DNA of 64,000 nt, taken from the NCBI GenBank assembly GCA_018402385.1, contig JAGYJA010000005.1, forward strand, positions 1 to 64,000, written 5' to 3'. Of the stretch, positions 1 to 10,019 are shown one piece after another. Made by a program: the position numbers and the translations under genes. The notes beneath the pieces are model-generated. The model was not told the DNA's origin and searched no databases. It was given only the letters and a program-made list of their open reading frames with translations. Numbering within the stretch: the stretch's first letter is position 1; the number at the start of each line of letters is the position of its first letter. This stretch comes from Flavobacteriaceae bacterium. Lineage in GTDB: Bacteria; Bacteroidota; Bacteroidia; Flavobacteriales; Flavobacteriaceae.

Positions 1-146
1 CCGTCCTGAAATAGCTATACAGATTAATAAATAAATCCTATAATAGCTATACAAATATAATTGTTAATCCTGAAAGACTATTGATTTAGAATTTTTATAC
101 GGACAAAAATAATACCCCCTCAAGAAAACTCAAGGGGATATTTTAA

Positions 147-2393
147 CTAAAACTTCAAAGTCACCCCTGCCAAAAAGTGAATTCCAGCCTGTGGGTAATA
201 ACCGGCACCTTCAATTGTGGTGATGGTTCCCGGGTCTGAAAAATCATCATCATAAGTGAAAAAGTAACCATTTGACACATACTTTACATCAAAAATATTG
301 TTGACCATTCCGTTGAGTAATATGGATGAGAAGACCGGGATGTCTTTAATTTCATACACGATGTTGATGTCGTTGATGAAAAAGCTGTCCAGTTTGGAAG
401 TCTCACTGTCGATATTCCCCATATACTGTTCGCCTACAAACTTGGACAACCAGCCTACTTGAAACCCTTCAAAGGGTTGGTAAATAAACATGCTGTTTGC
501 TACTAGATTGGGTGAAAAGGAAATGTTGGTTGTTCCCAGATTGACCAATTCACCATCTATGGAGGCCACAAAATTGCGGTTTTTGTTTTGGCTGAAAGCG
601 AAATTAGGCATCCAACGCAATTGGTTGGTCAAACGGATGTCTGCTTCTATTTCAATTCCTGCGCGGTAACTTTCACCACTGGTGGTTCGCAATGGTGCAC
701 CTACATCGTTCAACTCACCAGATAGCACTAGTTGGTCTTTGTAGTCCATATAAAACAGGTTGGTGTTTACATTTACTCTTTCAGAAGTGAAACGCCAGCC
801 CAACTCAAAATCATCCAGTATTTCAGGGGTGTTGATACCTTCTTCAAAATCGTTGCGGGTGGGTTCACGGTGAGCCCTTCCGTAGGAAAGGTAAAACTGA
901 TTGGCCGGGTTGAGTTGATAACTCAGTCCGGCTTTTGGGTTGAAGAAACTGTAACTTTCATCTACATCAATAGAAGCTATATCGGAAGTAATCCCGCCGG
1001 TTTCATAATTGATAAAACGGCCTTGCAAATCACCGTATGCCTGCCATTTATCATTTATTTTATAGGTGGCTTTTGAAAACAGGGTAAACTCACGTTTGGT
1101 TGCATCGCTAAAGTAGTAATTGTCCCTGATTTCAGAACCGGCTGCATATTGTGCCCAGATGATTTCGCCAAAGTGGTCGCCTTCATATAAACTGTAAAAC
1201 AATCCTGAAGTAAGTTCGAGATTTTCTTTTTTATAGGTGGCATTGGCATTGATGACATAGTAGTCATTGTCCAGCCAGCGTCGGCGAATGAGGTTCATAC
1301 TGCTGATGGTGTCGCCTTCCACGACGATGGGTTCAAGTCCATAGGTTTCAAAAGGGTCGTCTTCACGGTATTGCTCAAAAAAGCCTCTGCCATAGGTATA
1401 ATTCAATCCTATTGTTGTTGACCAAAAGTTGTTCCAGCGTTGGTTCCAGTGGAGTTGGTAGTGGTCTTGTTTGTAATCGTCCACTTCGTTGTCGTAAAAT
1501 TTCATATTCCCTTCAGCATCAAAATACATACCCGCAGGATTGAATGTTCTGTCTTCTTCCAGGGTTTCAGCATCAATGCCAAACCAACTTTGATAAGTCA
1601 CCTCATGTCCGCCAAAGGAAATCGCTTTAATCAGGGTATTGTCATCAACATAGGAGCCCTGCAGGAAATAGGATTTTAAATCGGATGATGCTCTGTCAAT
1701 GTATCCATCTGACGCGATAGCTGAAAGTCTTCCTGCGATTTCGATATGCTCGTTGAGCAAACCGGTAGTGAATTTCAAATTGTGCCTGCGGGTGTTAAAA
1801 CTTCCGTAGCTGTTTGAGATTTCACCTCCTGCTTCTTTTGAAACGGCATCTGTAAGCAGGTTTAAACTGGCACCAAAAGCCCCCGAGCCGTTGGTGGATG
1901 TGCCTACACCACGCTGCAATTGCAGGTTTTCAATGGAGGAAGCAAAATCAGGTAAATTCACCCAAAAGGATCCTTGACTTTCAGAATCATTAAAAGGAAT
2001 TCCGTTAAGGGTCACATTTACGCGGGAGGCATCACTACCACGCACACGAATGTAAGTATAACCCACACCAGCACCTGCATCGCTGGTACTCACAACTGAA
2101 GGCAAATAATTTAATAAGATGGGGATGTCCTGCCCTAAGTTGCGTTTTTCTAGTTCTTCTTTGCTTACATTGGAGTGGGTAATAGGCGAATCTGCATCAA
2201 CCCTAACGGACCTGACCAATACCTCGTCCAGTAGTTCGGGTTTGTTAAGGGTGTCGTTTTCCTGTTGCGCAAGAAGCGAGCTAACAGTTAAAAGAGTTAA
2301 ACAAACAAATACTAAAGATTTGCTGGTTTGAAAATAGAAAATTGATTGACGAGATGCCTGCCTACGCAGGCTTGAGTTGAATAAAGTTTTCAT
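147..2393 (-). CDS. TonB-dependent outer-membrane receptor (plug + beta-barrel), under TPP-riboswitch control
   Basis: 748-aa ORF with signal peptide and TonB-box/plug-like N-terminus (DEVLVRSVR...). C-terminal aromatic residue typical of beta-barrels. TPP aptamer and attenuator lie directly upstream on the same strand. Confidence 0.8.
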   Translation of the reverse strand: MKTLFNSSLRRQASRQSIFYFQTSKSLVFVCLTLLTVSSLLAQQENDTLNKPELLDEVLVRSVRVDADSPITHSNVSKEELEKRNLGQDIPILLNYLPSVVSTSDAGAGVGYTYIRVRGSDASRVNVTLNGIPFNDSESQGSFWVNLPDFASSIENLQLQRGVGTSTNGSGAFGASLNLLTDAVSKEAGGEISNSYGSFNTRRHNLKFTTGLLNEHIEIAGRLSAIASDGYIDRASSDLKSYFLQGSYVDDNTLIKAISFGGHEVTYQSWFGIDAETLEEDRTFNPAGMYFDAEGNMKFYDNEVDDYKQDHYQLHWNQRWNNFWSTTIGLNYTYGRGFFEQYREDDPFETYGLEPIVVEGDTISSMNLIRRRWLDNDYYVINANATYKKENLELTSGLFYSLYEGDHFGEIIWAQYAAGSEIRDNYYFSDATKREFTLFSKATYKINDKWQAYGDLQGRFINYETGGITSDIASIDVDESYSFFNPKAGLSYQLNPANQFYLSYGRAHREPTRNDFEEGINTPEILDDFELGWRFTSERVNVNTNLFYMDYKDQLVLSGELNDVGAPLRTTSGESYRAGIEIEADIRLTNQLRWMPNFAFSQNKNRNFVASIDGELVNLGTTNISFSPNLVANSMFIYQPFEGFQVGWLSKFVGEQYMGNIDSETSKLDSFFINDINIVYEIKDIPVFSSILLNGMVNNIFDVKYVSNGYFFTYDDDFSDPGTITTIEGAGYYPQAGIHFLAGVTLKF

Positions 2394-2454
2394 TCGTAAA
2401 AAAAGTTATTACGAATAAAAGGGGCAATTATTCTTTGGTTTAAAATTGATTAAA

Positions 2455-2645
2455 AACTGTATAAAAAAACCCTTAATAAGACGCTCGAGCCGAATTATAA
2501 AGGGGGTCCATACACAGTTGAAGCATTTTGCTTCTGTCCCTTGGCAGCATTACCCGCCCAGGTTCATTGGGTATAATCTCAGCCGATTTGGTAGTTGTTT
2601 ATTAGTTAATGGTTATTAGAAAAACTAACCTCTCACCACTAATAA
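2455..2645 (-). promoter_or_regulatory. TPP (thiamine pyrophosphate) riboswitch with intrinsic-terminator expression platform
   Basis: Minus strand reads GGCUGAGAUUAUACCCAAUGAACCUGGGCGGGUAAUGCUGCCAAGGGA. This carries the conserved THI-element blocks CUGAGA, ACCC, UGAACCUG, GUAAUGC and AGGGA. Downstream are a GAAGC-AAAAU-GCUUC hairpin and a CCCUU..AAGGG stem followed by U7, consistent with an attenuator. Confidence 0.75.
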
Positions 2646-2695
2646 CTCACCACTTCCTCCAGCACCCCTTTGAGATGGGGCAAAGTTACTAGTTA

Positions 2696-3100
2696 TTAAT
2701 CAATTTTTGGAGGTTTTCTAGTTGATTTTTTAAGTGCTTTTTCTTTCTTTGATTTTAGGCGTTTTTCAATGGCTCCTTTTGAAGGTTTGGATTTCTTTCT
2801 CGGTTTCCTGACTTTAAGATTCTCTTTTATGAGGTTCAAAAAGCGTTCAATCACAATGGATTTGTTTTTATGTTGGCTGCGGCTTTCGCTACAGCTTAAA
2901 AGGAGGACATTTTCTTTAGTCAGTCGCGATGCCAGTTTCTCCTGAAGTCTTGCTTTTTCATCCTCTGAAAGCCCTTGCGAATTTTGCAAGTCAAAACTCA
3001 ACTCGATGCGTGAGGCGACTTTATTGACGTGCTGTCCACCGGCACCGCTGCTGCGTGTGGCTTTAAAGGTGAGTTCGTTGAGGAGGACTTCTGGATTCAT
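2696..3100 (-). CDS. arfB: Alternative ribosome-rescue factor ArfB (YaeJ-type peptidyl-tRNA hydrolase)
   Basis: 134 aa with GGQ motif (SSGAGGQHVNKV) and a Lys/Arg-rich C-terminal tail. Confidence 0.8.
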   Translation of the reverse strand: MNPEVLLNELTFKATRSSGAGGQHVNKVASRIELSFDLQNSQGLSEDEKARLQEKLASRLTKENVLLLSCSESRSQHKNKSIVIERFLNLIKENLKVRKPRKKSKPSKGAIEKRLKSKKEKALKKSTRKPPKID

Positions 3101-4629
3101 TAGATTACTTGATGACTGTCTTTCAATAAATCATTCACCGTTTTTACCGGATTGAAGGTGCTTAAAGGCACTTCCACAAAGAGTGTGTTCCAATGCGCCA
3201 TACTTCCGTTCCAAAGGCCCGGGAGTTCCAGTGCTTTGATAGTTTTTCCCTGATGGCTTTTTTGCGAAATGAAACCCGAGTTGGGATTTACGTAGCGTAA
3301 TAAATCAAATTTTTCGCCTTTATAATTTTTAAGTCCGCACACCAAATCCACCGGATTGAAGTGGGTGGCTTCATTAACGATGTTCATTTGATGGGTGTCT
3401 GAGATGTCCACTTGAGATAGCTCGACGATTTGAAGTGTGGTAGTTCCATCCGGTCTTTGAATCCAAAATGGGCCACCACCCGGGGCGCCGGTGTTTTGAA
3501 CCATACCGCAAACGCGGATGGGTCTGTTCAGAATGTCTTTTGCAGTCTCAAGGCTTTCCGGCAGATTTTTAATGTTGAGTTCTGAGGCCATAAATCCGCG
3601 GACGTCCCTTAAAAGTGTTTGGTCTTTTGGGAATTTATCAATGCTTTTTAAAAGCTTAAAGGCCTTGGCCTGAACTTCCAAAAGTTTTCCCGCCAGGATT
3701 TTTTTATGAAATGCGATTTCTTCTACCTGACTTTCAACGACCACATTGTCAATGTTTTTGATGAAAACGAGATCGGCGTCAATGTCGTTGAGGTTTTCAA
3801 TCAAAGCTCCATGACCGGCCGGGCGAAAATGAAAATTCTTTTCAGCGTCTCTAAAAGGTTTATTATTTAAGGTGACGGCAATGGTATCTGTGCTTGATTT
3901 CTGAAAAGAATAAGAGATGTTGAAATGGCATTTTGCTTTTCGTTCCACACGGTTTTTTATATCGATAAACTCACTTTTGAAATTCTCAACATAGTGTTCT
4001 GAAAAAGTAAAATGCAAATAAGATTGGTTTTGGCTTGTGGCATAATGACCGGCTTCCAGTAGTTGTTCTTCAAATGCGGTTGCTGTGTTTTTATTGTAGC
4101 GGTGAAAGGGGATAAGCCCTTTGGGTAAATTGCTGTAATTTAATCCTTCTTCTCCCAGCAGCGTTTTTACTAACAAATATGTGCGTTTACCTTTTTTATA
4201 GAATTTGTAATCGGGATACAGTTTTCTGATTTTTTTGCGAAGGGCTTTGATAAAGGCGAAATGTGGCAAGCCTTTTAAAAAGGCTTCAAGCATTTGCGTT
4301 TCGTTTTCCTTGAGATAAACATTGAGTTTTTGCTCTTCAGGATTGTATGAATCAACAAACTGATGCAAATGTTCAAACATTCTGGTAGCTGCACCTGATG
4401 CCGGAACAAATTTTACTACGGAAAGAGTATCCTGATTTTTTTCATAAAAAGTGACTAAAGCATCTTGATGTTCTTTTGAAAATGTAAGGATGCCATTGTT
4501 ATGGGTTGCAGCACTTATGAGATGTGTAAACGGAATGCCTTCTTCAAACTTAAGTATATCTGACAACACTTTTTCCTCTGTGAGGCCGTGTGCTTTGATT
4601 TGTTCTATTTCTTTTTTGGTAAACTTCAT
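3100..4629 (-). CDS. DUF4301-family protein (conserved partner of PnuC/NRK loci in Bacteroidota)
   Basis: 509-aa ORF overlapping both neighbours. Contains Gly-rich PAGHG and TGAPGGGPFW motifs. Family assignment is from memory. Confidence 0.45.
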   Translation of the reverse strand: MKFTKKEIEQIKAHGLTEEKVLSDILKFEEGIPFTHLISAATHNNGILTFSKEHQDALVTFYEKNQDTLSVVKFVPASGAATRMFEHLHQFVDSYNPEEQKLNVYLKENETQMLEAFLKGLPHFAFIKALRKKIRKLYPDYKFYKKGKRTYLLVKTLLGEEGLNYSNLPKGLIPFHRYNKNTATAFEEQLLEAGHYATSQNQSYLHFTFSEHYVENFKSEFIDIKNRVERKAKCHFNISYSFQKSSTDTIAVTLNNKPFRDAEKNFHFRPAGHGALIENLNDIDADLVFIKNIDNVVVESQVEEIAFHKKILAGKLLEVQAKAFKLLKSIDKFPKDQTLLRDVRGFMASELNIKNLPESLETAKDILNRPIRVCGMVQNTGAPGGGPFWIQRPDGTTTLQIVELSQVDISDTHQMNIVNEATHFNPVDLVCGLKNYKGEKFDLLRYVNPNSGFISQKSHQGKTIKALELPGLWNGSMAHWNTLFVEVPLSTFNPVKTVNDLLKDSHQVI

Positions 4630-5204
4630 TTAGGAACGTTTAAAGCATTTTCAACCAGTTTTTTTGCTGTTTCCAATCGTTTTGAATAATCTCCTTTTAA
4701 GGTGATATATGAACTATTGTTTTTTTTGAGCGCTTCTTCAAAAACTTGAAACATGGCTTCCCGGTCATTGGGTTTGTCTCTTAAATCATCTGCTTCCCAT
4801 GGAATGTCAATATATAATAAAAAATAAAGATCATAGTGGCGACTCTGGGCTTCTTTTTCAATTTCTTTTGGGCAAAAGCCGTTGTAATACACTTCAGAAT
4901 AGGCTTTGAGTTGCAACAGATTGGTATCGTAAAAAACTACTTTATCAGCATTATTTTCGGCGAAAACTTCATTTTTTATTTGTCCTTCTGCGATGGGAAT
5001 TAAATCCTGTTTTTGACAAGTTTCTTTGGAGTCATCCCATTTTTTCTGAAGGTATTCCCTCATATATTCAGCAGCCCAGGTAGTGTTGAAGTGAGCAGCA
5101 AGGTCTTGTGACAAGGTTGTTTTTCCTGTAGATTCCGGTCCAAAAAAGACAACTTTTAAGAGTTTTTTGCCTGAAGTGTTGGGTTGTTGATTATTTTTCT
5201 CCAT
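4626..5204 (-). CDS. NadR-type ribosylnicotinamide kinase-like AAA ATPase (RNK domain only)
   Basis: Walker A motif VVFFGPESTGKTTL and NadR C-terminal kinase-like sequence. The likely start is MEKNNQQ at 5204; the ORF track extends to 5315 and overlaps pnuC. Confidence 0.65.
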   Translation of the reverse strand: MEKNNQQPNTSGKKLLKVVFFGPESTGKTTLSQDLAAHFNTTWAAEYMREYLQKKWDDSKETCQKQDLIPIAEGQIKNEVFAENNADKVVFYDTNLLQLKAYSEVYYNGFCPKEIEKEAQSRHYDLYFLLYIDIPWEADDLRDKPNDREAMFQVFEEALKKNNSSYITLKGDYSKRLETAKKLVENALNVPK

Positions 5205-5797
5205 TCCAGATAGCCGTAAATTGCTATGATTGTAAAAATTAAATATTGCAAGGATGTAAAGGTATAACCTTTGTACAAATATAAGGGTACCGAAATAATA
5301 TCTCCGGCAATCCAAAACAGCCAGTGTTCAATTTTCTTTTTGGCCATGAGCCACATCCCGACAAAAAACAGTGCTGTTGTGAATGTGTCAACAATGGCTA
5401 CCCAGTCATTCCACATATCAAAAAACCGGTACACAAAATAGACAAACAAAAGTGCGGCAATAAAGAGAAAGAGAGACTGTAATTTTTCTTTTTTTATGCT
5501 GAATGTGATGGGGGTTAAGTGGCTTTGATTCACTTTTCTTGTCCAGACATACCAACCGAAAACACTCATGATAAAATAATAACCGTTGATGAGCATGTCA
5601 CCAATGAGTTCCCACTGGTAAAGCAAATAGACAAAAATGAGTGTGCTTACAATGCCCGTTGGAAAAACCAGAATGTTGTCTTTTTTGGCAAACCAAACCG
5701 AAAGCAAACCAAATACAACAGCTACAATTTCAAGAGTTATATAAAGCGTAGAATAGCCGCTATATTGACCAAACAACCAATCAAAAATGAGGAACAT
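5156..5797 (-). CDS. pnuC: PnuC-family vitamin transporter (nicotinamide riboside PnuC, or PnuT-like thiamine transporter)
   Basis: 213 aa, multi-TM, PnuC-like sequence (WLMAKKKIEHWLFWIAGD). Confidence 0.75.
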   Translation of the reverse strand: MFLIFDWLFGQYSGYSTLYITLEIVAVVFGLLSVWFAKKDNILVFPTGIVSTLIFVYLLYQWELIGDMLINGYYFIMSVFGWYVWTRKVNQSHLTPITFSIKKEKLQSLFLFIAALLFVYFVYRFFDMWNDWVAIVDTFTTALFFVGMWLMAKKKIEHWLFWIAGDIISVPLYLYKGYTFTSLQYLIFTIIAIYGYLEWRKIINNPTLQAKNS

Positions 5798-6041
5798 ACT
5801 CGCTGCGGTTTGATTTTACAATCTTAATGTAGAGCACACCTCTTTCAACTGCCTCTAGTGTTGTTTTCATTTCGGAAAGAAGCACTTTCATCACGGTATC
5901 ATAATCGCCATAAATTTGCGTACTAAGTGGATTTTCAACAGTTTTTAATCCGGAATCTCTTAACTTTTTTATAAAATCGATAATGGGTTGTTCATAGTTA
6001 TCCTGAAGGGGGGAAAGCGTTAATTCTACTGAAATATCCAT
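5781..6041 (-). CDS. MTH1187/YkoF-family (DUF77) thiamine-binding protein
   Basis: 86 aa, ISVELTLSPL...DNYEQPIIDFIKKL. First gene of the overlapping operon. Confidence 0.55.
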   Translation of the reverse strand: MDISVELTLSPLQDNYEQPIIDFIKKLRDSGLKTVENPLSTQIYGDYDTVMKVLLSEMKTTLEAVERGVLYIKIVKSNRSEYVPHF

Positions 6042-6101
6042 AGTTTTAATCTATATTGTTTTTTAATAACTCAATAACTCAATAACTCACAAACTCAAAG
6101 A

Positions 6102-7073
6102 CTACTCCTCATAAACATGGAGCTTAGCTCCCATGCCATAATTGTTGTATCCTTTTTTAAGTAATTCTGAATTGGGGTTGTAATTGAAATCAAAGGGCTG
6201 CCATTTTCTATCATTAAAAAAGATGCGCCTTACCAAGGTTTTTTGCCCTGAAATTTGGTTTGTAAGCGGTAACAAAGGTCTGAAAGAAATTGCAATTCTT
6301 TCTATTCCTCTTGGGGTTTCATATTCATTATATGTTTTGGTTTGTACCAAGTTTCCATCAGCATCTGTAGGACCTAACACTTGAATAGAAACAAACAGCC
6401 CGTTTTCGGGTATAAAAATATTGTTTTTGAGCACATCCAATTCATAGACATCCTTTTTTTCTTGTTCGGTGACGTTGAAAATTACATTCCCATAAGAGAT
6501 TTCCATTCCGGGAAGGCCGTTGTTATTTTCATAAAACTTAACACGCATCAAGGTTGAAAATTTCCTTACTTGAATAACTTTTCCGGCAACTTCTTCTTTG
6601 ATGTTGATGGGCAATAAGAGGGTGGTAATTTGTGTGGGTTTGTTGTCAAATTTCGTAAATAAAACTGCCATTTCACTTTCTACGGTTTGAAGCCAGGAGT
6701 CGTGATAACTGGAATGAGTAATGGGTTCTATCTCACGTCTTTTATATTTACCATCTCTTTTGGTCGTGATTACAACTTCTTTTAATTGATCAATCTCCTG
6801 TTTCAAGGCATAGGCTTCTTTAATTTCTGATGTTAGAATAGTTAAGTTTTTGTAGCCTAAAGCCGAAACGAATAGCGTATCAATATCGGGATATCTTTTT
6901 TGTTGATAAAGGAATTCGCCATTAGCATTTGCATGGGTGCCCAGCCCATTACCAAAAGAAACGGTTACAAATGAAACCGGCCCCTTAGTTTCTGCATCAT
7001 AAAATTGCACCATCTGTCCGGAAGCAAAAAAGCTTATAAAAAGAAAGGTAATTGTAAATAGTATATTTTTCAT
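6102..7073 (-). CDS. Hypothetical secreted protein
   Basis: 323-aa ORF with N-terminal signal peptide; no recognised domain. Confidence 0.4.
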   Translation of the reverse strand: MKNILFTITFLFISFFASGQMVQFYDAETKGPVSFVTVSFGNGLGTHANANGEFLYQQKRYPDIDTLFVSALGYKNLTILTSEIKEAYALKQEIDQLKEVVITTKRDGKYKRREIEPITHSSYHDSWLQTVESEMAVLFTKFDNKPTQITTLLLPINIKEEVAGKVIQVRKFSTLMRVKFYENNNGLPGMEISYGNVIFNVTEQEKKDVYELDVLKNNIFIPENGLFVSIQVLGPTDADGNLVQTKTYNEYETPRGIERIAISFRPLLPLTNQISGQKTLVRRIFFNDRKWQPFDFNYNPNSELLKKGYNNYGMGAKLHVYEE

Positions 7074-7817
7074 AATCCTGAGTTGTAATTATCCTTTTCA
7101 AATGCAGTGCCAATAACAGCCAAAGTAGCACCTGCATTATACACCTGCTGTAATTCATTTTCTGATTGGATGCCGCCCCCCACAATAAGGGGAATCGCTA
7201 ATGCCTCACTGACTGCTTTTATAATTTCATTGGAAACACGATTTTTTGCACCGCTTCCGGCTTCTAAATAGATGAGTTTTTTCCCCATATATTGCCCTGC
7301 CAGGGCTGTGTGAACAATTTTTTGAATGTCCTCTTGAGGGAGAGGTTTAGTTTTGCTCACCCGTTCTACGGCACTTTGAATTCCACCGTCAATTAACAAG
7401 TATCCTGTGGGTATAATTTCCATTGTGCTTTCTTTTAAAACGGCAACCGACCTGTATTTGTTGGGTGATTAAATATTCAGGGTTGTTGCCTGAGAGTAAA
7501 CTTAAGAATAAAATGGCATCTGCATTATTGGATATGTGGTCTGCATCTCCCGGAAAAAGAAAAAGGGGGAGTTGGGTTACTTGATTCAAAGCGGCAACGG
7601 TAGATTCTGTTTGTTCTTTTGTAGTTGTACTTCCGCCAACAAAAAGATGGGTGGTGTTTTTTGGTATTTTAGTTAGAAAATGAGTTGCGTTTTGTGAGTC
7701 AAATTTTTCAGGATCAATGAGGATTGCCAGTAGCTTTTGCTTTTTGGAATAGGCGTTTAAAATGTAAGAGTAGTAGTGACTCATAAATTTCTTTTTTAGC
7801 AAATGGCATAAGCACAA
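7070..7817 (-). CDS. Geranylgeranylglyceryl-phosphate synthase family (PcrB/GGGPS-like) protein, interrupted by a 1-nt frameshift near 7449-7456
   Basis: N-terminal ORF 7389..7817 (LLAILIDPEKF...FVGGSTTT...SLLSGNNPEYLITQQ) and C-terminal ORF 7070..7423 (EIIPTGYLLID...IPLIVGGGIQSENELQQVYNAGATLAVIGTAFE) are colinear with B. subtilis PcrB. The alternate frame reads SVAVLKESTMEIIP across the junction. Confidence 0.7.
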
Positions 7818-8422
7818 GTGAATTCTTCAAATTCAAAAAAATGGACTTGGTAGGTGTTTATTTTTCCATTAAAAATAATATCGGCTGTGGTTTGGAGATC
7901 TTCAAATTGAAAATCTTTTACATCAATATGATGTAAAAAGCTCACGCCCGGGTTTGCATACAATTTGTAGAGGGCTTCTTTTGCACACCAAACGATAGTT
8001 AATTTTTGAATGACAGCATCGACATTGGCAAGTGTTCTGTATTCCTTTAACGGCGTAAATTTATTAGCAATTCGCAAAATTTTTTCCCGCTGTTTTTCCA
8101 CATCAATTCCCACTTCATTTTTACTGACTATAATGGCTGAAAACTCGTGTGAATGTGTGATGGAAATGCAGGTTCCGTCTTTTAAATCAGGTTTTCCGTT
8201 TTTGTTATAAACAAGGTCATGGTCAGAATAACCGGCTTCTTTTAGTAAATGGCGCACGCTTAAAAACCCTCTTTTATGAATATCTGAAAGCATTTTTGAT
8301 ATTCTTGATCTACTGTTTTCAGTGAGTTGAATACCCTGAAGCAGCTCATCAAATGATTCTTCAATCTTCCATATGAGCACTTTGGTATTTTGATTTACTG
8401 TTATTGTTTTGTAAAGAGGCAT
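7796..8422 (-). CDS. 4'-phosphopantetheinyl transferase (Sfp/AcpT type)
   Basis: VGIDVEKQ and WCAKEALYK motifs. Confidence 0.75.
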   Translation of the reverse strand: MPLYKTITVNQNTKVLIWKIEESFDELLQGIQLTENSRSRISKMLSDIHKRGFLSVRHLLKEAGYSDHDLVYNKNGKPDLKDGTCISITHSHEFSAIIVSKNEVGIDVEKQREKILRIANKFTPLKEYRTLANVDAVIQKLTIVWCAKEALYKLYANPGVSFLHHIDVKDFQFEDLQTTADIIFNGKINTYQVHFFEFEEFTCAYAIC

Positions 8423-8442
8423 GAGTTTTACTAGATAATCTG

Positions 8443-8450
8443 TATTTTTG
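8443..8450 (+). promoter_or_regulatory. Bacteroidota -7 box (TATTTTTG, TAnnTTTG consensus) upstream of ahcY
   Basis: Consensus match 37 nt before the ahcY ATG. No clear -33 TTG. Confidence 0.35.
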
Positions 8451-8471
8451 TATTCGAAAAAAATTGCTTAA

Positions 8472-9804
<1,333 letters not shown>

Positions 9805-9824
9805 TAATCCTATTTCATTTTATA

Positions 9825-9858
9825 TAAACCTCGCTATTTTTAGTGAGGTTTTTTTTTG
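9825..9858 (+). terminator. Rho-independent terminator after ahcY
   Basis: AACCTCGCTA-TTTTT-AGTGAGGTT hairpin followed by T9. Confidence 0.6.
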
Positions 9859-10019
9859 AATAGCATTTAAGTTTAAGATGATTAAATAAGGTTGGAATTT
9901 AACAATTTAATAAAGAAGAGGTATAGGAGTAAAGGTTTTTATGTTAGATATTTGAATAGTTTGCAAAAGCTTGAAAAGAAAATAGTTAATGATTATTATA
10001 AAATAAATATAACATTAAA

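Noticed and set aside
1-146. Possible terminator or repeat at the window start (CCCCCTCAAG...CAAGGGG, and a direct repeat ATAGCTATACA x2).
   Set aside because: The stem is only 4-5 bp with mismatches, and the direct repeat is short. There is too little evidence to call a feature, and the upstream gene is outside the window.
732-1076. Numerous 60-170-aa ORFs in the track lying antisense to, or nested in, long conserved genes (e.g. 732..1076, 31138..31617, 34154..34556, 63199..63705, 58255..58539).
   Set aside because: They overlap well-supported genes on the opposite strand, have low-complexity composition and no recognisable motifs. They are treated as spurious.
4626-5315. ORF-track N-terminal extension of the NRK kinase (MDCRRYYFGTLIFVQ...), which overlaps pnuC by 160 nt.
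   Set aside because: The extension is hydrophobic junk in the pnuC antisense frame. The conserved protein begins at MEKNNQQ (5204), directly before the Walker A motif.
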